From Diplonema japonicum (Eukaryota; Protista; Euglenozoa: Diplonemea), in contig OZ025744.1 of assembly GCA_964019335.1 (NCBI GenBank), forward strand, positions 124,001 through 188,000: a stretch of 64,000 nucleotides of DNA, written 5' to 3'. Below, one piece after another: positions 24,201-31,897 of this stretch. Numbering within the stretch: the first letter of the stretch is position 1; every line of letters starts with the position of its first letter. Below the pieces are notes generated by a model. It had not been told where the DNA came from. It ran no database searches and was given only the letters and a program-made list of their open reading frames with translations. A program made the translations under genes and the position numbers.

Positions 24201-26269
24201 CACTGCGGATTCGCCCCGCTCTTGAACATAGATCCCTTCAGGTACAGGTCCACCAGCTCCGTTGTGGCTGTGAGGAAGGTGGGGGTTGCCTTCAGAGGGC
24301 CGATGGTGAGCACTTGCCCGTTGATGGCGACTAGCGAAGTGTCGATCATGGAGGCACGCAGCCCGTTCCACCCCGTCGTGGAGGGGTAGTCCGCCTGCAT
24401 GGAGTCGATCACCGCCTGCTTCGTGGCAGTCGTGTCCACCCACTCGTCGTAGTCCCCCACAAGGGTCAGCGTCATCATTGTCCCACCAGCTCGCAGCTGG
24501 TCCTGCGTCAGTCCCTCTACCATGCTCCCGGTCATTAATATGTACGATGTGCACCACAGGTGGAACTCGTCCAGCCACCCAGCCCCGAACATTACCACCT
24601 CGTTCATCCCGGAAGAGCAGGAGTTCTCGAACGACCCCTTCACTTCCTGGTGCCCGTCGATGTACAGGTCCACCTTGTTGCTGCTCCAGTCGATGTGAAG
24701 ATCGAAGTGGTAGAATTTCTTTGCTTCGGCCTCTGCCGTTGCCGCGTCGAACCCCAGGTTCCACGCCCCGCTTCCAAAGCGCACCATGAAGCACTGCGTG
24801 TTGCCGTCCCTGAAGCTGATGGAGGGCGTTGCAGGGTCTGCAAAGCGTGCTATGTAAAAGGTCACCCTCCGTGGCTTCGTGTAGGTCACCAGATTGAGCT
24901 TCCCCTGGGCGACGGCGTTGAGGTCGTTTGCGTCACCAACGCGCCACGAGGCACTCCCCTCTGCATACTTTGAGACGTCCAGCGTGACAGTGCCGAGGGA
25001 GGTCCACGTTCCGACATCCTCGTCAAAGGGCTGCAAGAAGTTCTGGGGGCAGTTTGCGAACCCGAGGCACTCTAGCCCTCCGTAGCCGGTGTTGCATTGG
25101 CACGGGGACTTCGGATTGTTCATGCAGGTGCCCCTCGACGAGCACACCTTCGGGTCGTCGGCGGGCAGCCCAAAGCACACGGCGTCCGTGTTTGCCACCG
25201 TCACTTCCACAGAGCATGTCACCGCTTTCCCGTCCACTGCAGTGAAGGTGGCCGACATTGTGAAGTCCTTCCCTGCGTCGGAGGTGTCCGGTGTGAAGGT
25301 TGTCTTTGTGAAGCCCACGTGCCCGATGCTCGTTCCAGTCGCAACAGTGTTCGAGATGCGCGCTGTTGGGGCCGACGTTCCTGTGTATGAGACGGTGAGC
25401 CCCTTCCCGCTTTCGTACAGCCCGTTGAACTCGACCGCCCATGCCTGCGAGTGTGGAACCGTGATTTTCTTCCCTGCGTTGCGGGAGGCGCGGCAAGAGG
25501 GTGTCGTGTATGCTTTGCACTCGTTGTACATGAAATGGATTGTGTCGACATCTCCGTCAGAGAGACCAAGGCGCTGCCCGATGGGGGCGGGCGCCACGAT
25601 CACAGGCTTGCTTCCCACAGCGAACGCACCGGCGCCGTAATGCATGATGCTGCTGTAGTCGTAAGGGCCGATGTCCCGCCCCGCCCCGCCTGTCTTGGTG
25701 AACTGCCCTGCCTTTCCCGCCTTGATCTGCGCAAAGTCCACGAACACGTAATTGTCCCTGTCGTTCCTCGTCTGTTCGTGCATGAGGCCGAGGCTGTGGC
25801 CCATTTCGTGGATGAGAGCGCCGGCACTGCAGTCTTTCGCAAGGTTGATCTGGTTGACCTCCCCGGGGGTGGTGGTCATGCCGACAGGAGAGTTGCAACC
25901 ACTCCCATCAGAGATGAAGTACATGTAGGGCTTCGTGCAGGCTGCCTTCGTTGCGCATCGTGTGAACCTGATGCAGGTTTTCGTCTCCCAGTGTGCCACC
26001 CCATTCAGGATCCTTGTGTCGTCTGCCTCTAGCATGTAAGAGGCAGGGTTTGCGGCATTCGTGGCGGCGGTCTCGATGAAGTACTGCACCTTCCCCCCTG
26101 GCCACAGGGACGCCGTCGTAGCAAAGCTTGACCCCTGAACCTGTCCCTTCCTGTCTGTCAAAGGCACCTGCACGTCTCCCTCGAGAGTGTAAGGGTATGT
26201 CTGGCTCAAAGGAATCTGCCCCTCTGACGCAGCAGCCACAGACAGGCTGCCTATCATCAGTAGTAGCAT
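21224..26269 (-). CDS. Membrane-anchored astacin (M12A) metalloprotease, 1681 aa: signal, astacin, EGF-like, beta-sandwich domains, T-x-A-P mucin stalk, C-terminal TM
   Basis: HEMGHSLGLMHEQTRNDRD zinc motif; SIMHY Met-turn; CSSRGTC...CQCNTGYGGLEC EGF; TM WYVVGIVGAVLALCGAAAAAVVV. The likely start is MLLLMIG at 26269. Confidence 0.92.
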   Translation of the reverse strand: MLLLMIGSLSVAAASEGQIPLSQTYPYTLEGDVQVPLTDRKGQVQGSSFATTASLWPGGKVQYFIETAATNAANPASYMLEADDTRILNGVAHWETKTCIRFTRCATKAACTKPYMYFISDGSGCNSPVGMTTTPGEVNQINLAKDCSAGALIHEMGHSLGLMHEQTRNDRDNYVFVDFAQIKAGKAGQFTKTGGAGRDIGPYDYSSIMHYGAGAFAVGSKPVIVAPAPIGQRLGLSDGDVDTIHFMYNECKAYTTPSCRASRNAGKKITVPHSQAWAVEFNGLYESGKGLTVSYTGTSAPTARISNTVATGTSIGHVGFTKTTFTPDTSDAGKDFTMSATFTAVDGKAVTCSVEVTVANTDAVCFGLPADDPKVCSSRGTCMNNPKSPCQCNTGYGGLECLGFANCPQNFLQPFDEDVGTWTSLGTVTLDVSKYAEGSASWRVGDANDLNAVAQGKLNLVTYTKPRRVTFYIARFADPATPSISFRDGNTQCFMVRFGSGAWNLGFDAATAEAEAKKFYHFDLHIDWSSNKVDLYIDGHQEVKGSFENSCSSGMNEVVMFGAGWLDEFHLWCTSYILMTGSMVEGLTQDQLRAGGTMMTLTLVGDYDEWVDTTATKQAVIDSMQADYPSTTGWNGLRASMIDTSLVAINGQVLTIGPLKATPTFLTATTELVDLYLKGSMFKSGANPQWTHKDVEFQIPGECHHSVNLPFDDPATVSSSITEVTTAVKKEGAGSLTFKKLGFIYTLSAGGIRATSLAFYAQIKAANAQLSVSLKPSGGGSERIRVYVGVGSSFGVKINTGSTEYFGTVSFNTWHKVEVLLNWDTKAITASVDGVVASTLSPLIPAGFETVGLIQFSTSSSGTGGYVDSVALSCKHRDPLFSVAPSCPKPGKDASVFHFYPGTDKLSAADKVAIVPNTVTDCSNAGVECAALNGCSTSLGSMAQVGVATEWSPGTLSGLQGSTEYKVCYYPESYKKWVLIDGSFRTCAATTTSAPATPAPVTPAPATPSPVTPAPSTPAPKTASPATPAPATSAPATSAPSTASPATQAPGTSPPDTLVPDTSAPDTSAPSTSAPKTSAPATSVPATSAPKTTAPATPAPDTASPSTSAPATSAPATSAPKTSVPVTQTPATVSPGKTGAPDTPSPDTKTPATGAPSTSAPKTTAPATPAPNTASPTTQAPATTAPDTSAPATSTPATLAPKTTAPATQTPATLAPGKTGAPNTPAPDTVVPATGAPTTTAPATTAPDTSAPATSIPATSAPATTAPDSSAPATLAPKTTAPATQTPATLAPGKTGAPNTPAPDTKAPTGAPSTSTPKTTAPATPAPDTASPTTQAPATTAPDTSVPATSAPATQTPATLAPGKTGAPNTPAPNTAVPTKAPATDAPATGAPGTQAPSTQSPVTLVPGKTGSPDTPAPDTNSPTTAAPVTSAPATLTPTTLAPGKTAAPETSAPSTEAPATLTPGTTRAPDTSAPSTLKTGAPNTPAPNTAVPTKAPAPGTQAPSTQSPVTLVPGKTGSPDTNSPTTAAPVTSAPATLTPTTLAPGKTAAPETSTEAPATLTPGTTRAPSTLTPAKTGSPGTLTPPTESPATFVPGGTKAPVSVPGLGEDVPAVVPEEDGSGFPWYVVGIVGAVLALCGAAAAAVVVRKRSQGVVTLEDFCQLQEQAPSREAFGQQEHYHV
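21430..23300 (-). repeat. Coding 15-nt (T-x-A-P-x pentapeptide) tandem repeats with larger internal duplications
   Basis: Repeated TPAPA/TSAPA/TKAP units. The ~21560-21840 block is duplicated at ~21860-22190. Confidence 0.9.
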
Positions 26270-26506
26270 ATTCTTTTTTTCTTTTTTGTTAACCTTTGGT
26301 GGTGATGGAGAGGGGAAGGGAAAAATTGATATGGGCCACTTTCGTTTAGAAATTCCCAATACTTAAAAAGAAGAAGAAAGCTGGAAACACAAATTCTAAG
26401 GTCGCTGAAATGATGTTGTAAGTGGGAATAAAAAGCGAAAAAGTAAGAAACAGGTGAAAAGGGATAAATACTGCATACGAAACAGAGAGTCGAATAAAAA
26501 AGGAAA

Positions 26507-26601
26507 AATTAAAGAGGTAAAAGGAAATCCCTGATCTGGGACGTCCTGTCTTGTTCTTCCACCTGCCCCTATCTCCCTTCAGCGGCTTCGGTCTTTCCTT
26601 T
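26507..26601 (-). mobile_element. 3'-end fragment of the same non-LTR element as 15.9-17.2 kb
   Basis: Near-identical reverse complement of ~17110-17205 (GAAAGACCGAAGCCGCTGAAGGGAGATAGGGGCAGG...CCTCTTTAATTTTT). Confidence 0.85.
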
Positions 26602-26814
26602 CCGGAAAAAAGTGACTGATGTTCTCAAAATCTTGGAACGATTTGGCATGTTGGATTTCCCCCTATAGAAAAAAAAAAAAAAAAATCTTGGCACAAAATG
26701 GTAGGCTGAAAATCCCCCTTATCAGCGAGCTCCGTTTCATACTTCTGGAGGTTATACTGCTACACCTTCGGAGCTGAATATCCAGACATCAACTTCGCTC
26801 TCTGCTTTTGCCAT

Positions 26815-27215
26815 GACGTCCTCCAGATGTGGGGAACCTTGGCCCCATGTCTGACGTAATCTGCATGCCACCTTTCGTTCTGTTTAACCACTCAAGCCAG
26901 CTCCCCCATACACCCCCTTCCAGAGCAACTTGCACAGCTCTTTGGTCGAGTTCATAAGTATTAATTATAAACTTTCCTTTAAACACGGTTATTGATAGGT
27001 TGTACTCATTTGCCAACCATTCTATCAAAAGACTAGTTTTCATTTTGTAAAAAAAAAAAAGATAAAATCCCAATAACGTGGGATCAGCTACCTTTTGGAA
27101 CGACCACATATTTCCCGCTATTCTATTCCATTTTTAGAGGAGATGCACTTTTCTGGTAAGCTAGTTTGGATCACGTTATCAAAGATTGTCCACATGCACA
27201 CGAACTGCTTTTAAC
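26815..27215. repeat. Degenerate dispersed repeat, copy 1 (copy 2 at ~34572-35322)
   Basis: Shared collinear blocks: CGTCCTCCAGATGTGGGGA, CCACTCAAGCCAGCT, ATTGATAGGTTGTACTCATT, AAAGACTAGTTTTCATTT, AGATAAAATCCCAATAAC, AAGCTAGTTT. Confidence 0.75.
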
Positions 27216-27548
27216 ATCACTTCGACCGCTGCTTAATCCATTGGTAAGCGTTCTTTTTCTTTCAATCGATTGTTATGCGTACTTATAAAATATAGCGCGC
27301 ATTCGAGGACACTTTATGTATTTTGCATTCCGGAAGGAGGTGCGTCACGACTTCAATCAGCTTGTCCTGCAGCTCCTGTTCTTTCCTTCGGAGCTAGCTT
27401 CGAAGTTTTGGTCACCGACTCACCGAGAGGTCGGGACGGGATAGGCACTATCGGACTGGTCGGTAAATCACATGACAACCTCATGGGTCTTATCACATAT
27501 CTCATGATGGGATACCTCGGTATACCATCGGCGGTTATAGTGACAAGA

Positions 27549-27606
27549 AACCTGGTTGATCCTGCCAGTAGTCATATGCTTGTTTCAAGGATTAAGCCAT
27601 GCAAGT
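27549..27606 (+). rRNA. Isolated 5'-terminal fragment (~58 nt) of 18S/SSU rRNA; rDNA pseudogene
   Basis: AACCTGGTTGATCCTGCCAGTAGTCATATGCTTGTTTCAAGGATTAAGCCATGCAAGT is the conserved eukaryotic SSU 5' end. Similarity stops abruptly after 27606. Confidence 0.9.
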
Positions 27607-27959
27607 GTGGGTGCGGGAGTGTGTTGGGATTTTTTAGGGGGTTTGGGATGAGTTAAACCTGTTGCGTTGGGGATGATCTGTACCTCTCCGTTATCGTTGC
27701 TCGAGACAGTGGGCGATATGTTTTGTTTACCTTTTTAAGTAGGTGGTAAAGAAGCTTGAGCTAAAAGTAAACCGAGGCAAAATAAAGAAGAAAGTTGGGA
27801 TTGTGCCGATCGATGGGTGTGGTTTCGTTCTTTTTCTTCATAGCCTGCACGTTATACCGATACCAATCGGGTATTTTAATCGGTTCGGGTATTTTAAATA
27901 GTGCAAAATTGGCCTGGGCACGCCGAGGTCCTCTATACCCCCGCAGACAATTAATTTCT

Positions 27960-28111
27960 TCTTCTCTTTTTTTTTCTTTTTTTTTTTTTTTTTTTTTTTT
28001 TTGCTTTCGCATGGCCGCGCCCGCCTGTGAGGCTTGGGGAAGCCAAACCCCTGATTCTACGTTTTTCTGGGGTGTACAGAGCCGAGAGCCCATGAAATTC
28101 ATTTTTTTTAT
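27960..28111 (+). repeat. Direct repeat (second copy ~30175-30335) bracketing the piggyBac relic; related to the 76-bp array flanks
   Basis: Both copies read T-tract-GCTTTCGCATGG..GCCCGCCTGTG.GGCTTGGGGAAGCCAAACCCCTGATTCTACGTTTTTCTGGGG..GTACAGAGCCGAGAGCCCA.GAAATTCATTTTTT. Confidence 0.85.
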
Positions 28112-28479
28112 CCCCTAAACGCCCGGAGCCTATCTACGGTACCCCCCCATTTTCGTTGTTGCTTTAAATACTCAAAAAAAGGGCAGCATGCAACCATAGG
28201 AAGGTGCAAGGAAAGGGTAAACGGTACTAAAACTTTCAATTCCAGGTGCCAGATTCAGATAAGAACACTTAACTATGTGTGTAAGAGGGGGATTGAAGGT
28301 GTACTTTTTATGTCCGATTTTGGGGGGTCTTGTCGTGGGGGGTCCGTGGAGTTATGGCTGGGCTAAATAGGACAGCATTCAGCCCTATTTGGTGCCCTGA
28401 ACTCTAGGATTGAGGTCAGTCTGGAGACTTTTTGGGGCTGTGGGATGAAAAAAGCAACTTGTGAGTTTTCTTTCCAGCT

Positions 28480-29640
28480 GGGGTAGCATGCAAGGGTAAA
28501 AAACACGTTTTGCATAAGGGGGTTTTGCAACAGGGGCACCACGTTTGCACCTTCTTCCCGCACCCAGGAACAGCATAGAGCACCCTCCTCACCTTCGTTC
28601 CGTTCATCATGGTCTCGGAGGTGTGATTTAGGGTCAAATCGAGACGTTTTGGGTATTTCTGAGTGAGGGAATCCTCATTGCTAGCGTGTTTGCGCTTGGG
28701 GGTCGGTGACGGTGTTGTCGGGGGGTGTGTGCTATCGGTTTTTGGGGCATGGGTGAGAAGCTTGCCAACAAGTTCTTCTTTGAAGCTCGGGAAGCCATAA
28801 TTTTTGCCACATTCCTTGCTCTTCTTCCAGATTATGGAGGAGTTGGCAACACAGCTTTCCAGGACCCAATAAAAAACAACCATGGTCCACTTCCGGGTTT
28901 TCATATGCCGAACTCCAGTCCCCTGGAGCTGGTCTTGCCGGTCAGGGGTCGACAGCAAACCCTTAGGAGTCGACAGTACGCATGACTAGGTCCTGTGTTG
29001 TGGACTTCTTGCTGAAAATGTTGAAATTCGCCAGGTAACCGTTTTATGAGTCGCATGTAGCGATTACCTTGATGCCCACCGAGTTGCTTTTTCGTGGTGC
29101 CATGACTTTTATTGTTGTCGGGATAACACTGTCGTCAACAGACAACCACTTGCCAGGGGTCCGCACAGTCCTACACCGGTTGACAATGATGTCAAGAAAC
29201 CTGCGCATGAGGTGCAGTTTCAGGCCTTCCAAATGTTTTCCAGGTTGTCAAAGGTGAGGTAGCTGAAATGGTTTTAAGTTAGGATGAAGAAGCGCTGTAT
29301 GTCAACGAATCGGTTTGCTCATTTTCTCAAAAGCCGGGATGGTTAAATTAGAATTTGTTGTCCAGTAGCTCTTCATGTTCGGTGCCGAGCGTAAACCCAT
29401 TAACAGGACCAACCCAAGCCAAATTTTGTACTCTGGGATGGAAAGATTCAGATCCCGCTGTTTTTTTGAACCGAAACGACCGTTCGTGGAAGAAACTATG
29501 AGCTCAAGTACCGCGTGTGTAAAAAAAGATTAAAAACACCCTCCTCATTGGTCGCTTCACCTAGAGGTGTCCTAAGCCCACCTTTTTACGGAAATGATAT
29601 GTTTCGGGCCTTTGGGAGTATTTCTCCCACCCAAGCATCG
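28480..29640 (-). pseudogene. piggyBac-family transposase relic (frameshifts, stops, internal deletion)
   Basis: Translated pieces: FTHAVLELIVSSTN, EYKIWLGLVLLMGLRSAPNMKSYW, LSVDDSVIP..RKSNSVGIKV, TRKWTMVVFYWVLESCVANS, and a C-terminal Cys-rich CGKKVQTWCPCCKTPLCKTCF. No TIR/TTAA pair identified. Confidence 0.85.
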
Positions 29641-30669
29641 TTTCCGGCCCCTCTTTGACCGCCTCATCGTCTTTTTCTTCTTTTTCTGACCAGTCGGGGG
29701 AGACTCACGTTTTCGCTGCTATTTTGACCATCTGATTTCATTTTAAGCCAACCCTGCCGGTTTCAATAAAAACAAAACTTTTAACGCAAAATGTAGTTCC
29801 AAGACAAAATAAACCGCGCAACAATGCCATATTTTGAAGTCCAGGGGCCGTGTTCAAAAAAAAGTACTTAGCGAAAAAGCAAATTTTGAAATAAGGACAA
29901 AAACGTCCGCGCGGGCGTTTAGGGGTTATTTTTCTTTTTTTTCTTTTTTCTTTTTCGGTCTTCGCATCCCCGAAGGTCACCCACCCTATCCTAGAGGAAC
30001 AGTTACGAACTCATTGCATCCTCAACAACTCGCTAGTTGGTTTCACGCCCAAGCTGCTGAAAAGATACTACGACGGGCCTAAGGCACTACCACGACAGAA
30101 GGGATCAAACACTAGATGAATTGATTGTCGTTAGGCGATCCTGTCACATACTGCAGGTTCCCTCAAAGACATCTTTTTTTTTCTTTTTTTTTTTTTTTTT
30201 TTTTGCTTTCGCATGGCAGCGCCCGCCTGTGGGGCTTGGGGAAGCCAAACCCCTGATTCTACGTTTTTCTGGGGTTCCTCTGGACCCGCAGCGCCATGTA
30301 CAGAGCCGAGAGCCCAGGAAATTCATTTTTTTTATTTTTATTTTTTTTCTTTTCTGCTTTCGCATGGGTTTGGGATCTCCCGGTATACAGGGGCTTGGGT
30401 AAGCCTCTGCAGGGTCGGCAGGGCCGCGCCCGCCTGTGGGGCTTGGGGAAGCCTGTAGCAAAACCCCCCCCTGATCCTACGTTATTTTGGGTTTGGGGTC
30501 TTTTATCCGGACTCGCAGCGCCACCTGCAAGGCCGAGAACCCAAAGAATCCATTTTTTTAAAGCTTTTCCCAGGGCTTTGGAATTCTTCGGGGGGTGTGT
30601 GGGGGTACAGGGCTCGGGGAAGCCTCCGCAGGGCCGGCAGGGCCACGCCCACCCACGGGGCTCAGGGAA

Positions 30670-31602
30670 GCCTCTGCAGGGTCGGCAGGGCGTGGTCATC
30701 TTCCGCATATATAGGGGTGATCTTAGAGGTACGGGGCTTGGGTTAGCCTCTGCAGGGTCGGCAGGGCGTGGTCATCTTCCGCATATATAGGGGTGATCTT
30801 AGAGGTACGGGGCTTGGGTTAGCCTCTGCAGGGTCGGCAGGGCGTGGTCATCTTCCGCATATATAGGGGTGATCTTAGAGGTACGGGGCTTGGGTTAGCC
30901 TCTGCAGGGTCGGCAGGGCGTGGTCATCTTCCGCATATATAGGGGTGATCTTAGAGGTACGGGGCTTGGGTTAGCCTCTGCAGGGTCGGCAGGGCGTGGT
31001 CATCTTCCGCATATATAGGGGTGATCTTAGAGGTACGGGGCTTGGGTTAGCCTCTGCAGGGTCGGCAGGGCGTGGTCATCTTCCGCATATATAGGGGTGA
31101 TCTTAGAGGTACGGGGCTTGGGTTAGCCTCTGCAGGGTCGGCAGGGCGTGGTCATCTTCCGCATATATAGGGGTGATCTTAGAGGTACGGGGCTTGGGTT
31201 AGCCTCTGCAGGGTCGGCAGGGCGTGGTCATCTTCCGCATATATAGGGGTGATCTTAGAGGTACGGGGCTTGGGTTAGCCTCTGCAGGGTCGGCAGGGCG
31301 TGGTCATCTTCCGCATATATAGGGGTGATCTTAGAGGTACGGGGCTTGGGTTAGCCTCTGCAGGGTCGGCAGGGCGTGGTCATCTTCCGCATATATAGGG
31401 GTGATCTTAGAGGTACGGGGCTTGGGTTAGCCTCTGCAGGGTCGGCAGGGCGTGGTCATCTTCCGCATATATAGGGGTGATCTTAGAGGTACGGGGCTTG
31501 GGTTAGCCTCTGCAGGGTCGGCAGGGCGTGGTCATCTTCCGCATATATAGGGGTGATCTTAGAGGTACGGGGCTTGGGTTAGCCTCTGCAGGGTCGGCAG
31601 GG
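30670..31602 (+). repeat. Perfect tandem array, 12 full copies + partial of a 76-bp unit, between ~280-bp direct flanks (30402-30690, 31582-31880)
   Basis: Unit: GCCTCTGCAGGGTCGGCAGGGCGTGGTCATCTTCCGCATATATAGGGGTGATCTTAGAGGTACGGGGCTTGGGTTA. Units start at 30670, 30746 ... 31582 (912 = 12x76). Confidence 0.97.
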
Positions 31603-31897
31603 CCACGCCCACCTGTGGGGCTTGGGGAAGCCTGTAGCAAACCCCCCCCCTGATCCTACGTTATTTTGGGTTGGGGGTCTTTCTTCCGGGCCCGCAGCGC
31701 CACCTGCAAGGCCGAGAACCCACAGAATCCATTTTTTTAAAGCTTTTCCCAGGGCTTTGGAATTCTTCGGGGGTGGGTGGGTGGGGGGCACAGGGCCCGG
31801 GGAAGCCTCTGCGGGGTCGGCAGGGCCACGCCTGCCTGCAGGGCTTGGGGAAGCCTGTAAGAAACCCTCCTGATTCTACGTTATATATATAAATATA

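Noticed and set aside
27549-27760. Functional rRNA operon
   Set aside because: SSU similarity stops after ~58 nt, with no further SSU, 5.8S or LSU sequence.
30670-31602. CRISPR array
   Set aside because: Units are identical end to end with no unique spacers, there are no cas genes, and the context is eukaryotic.
30670-31602. Spliced-leader RNA or 5S gene array, or telomeric repeat
   Set aside because: No recognisable euglenozoan SL exon or 5S sequence, and only one GGGTTAG per unit rather than tandem TTAGGG.
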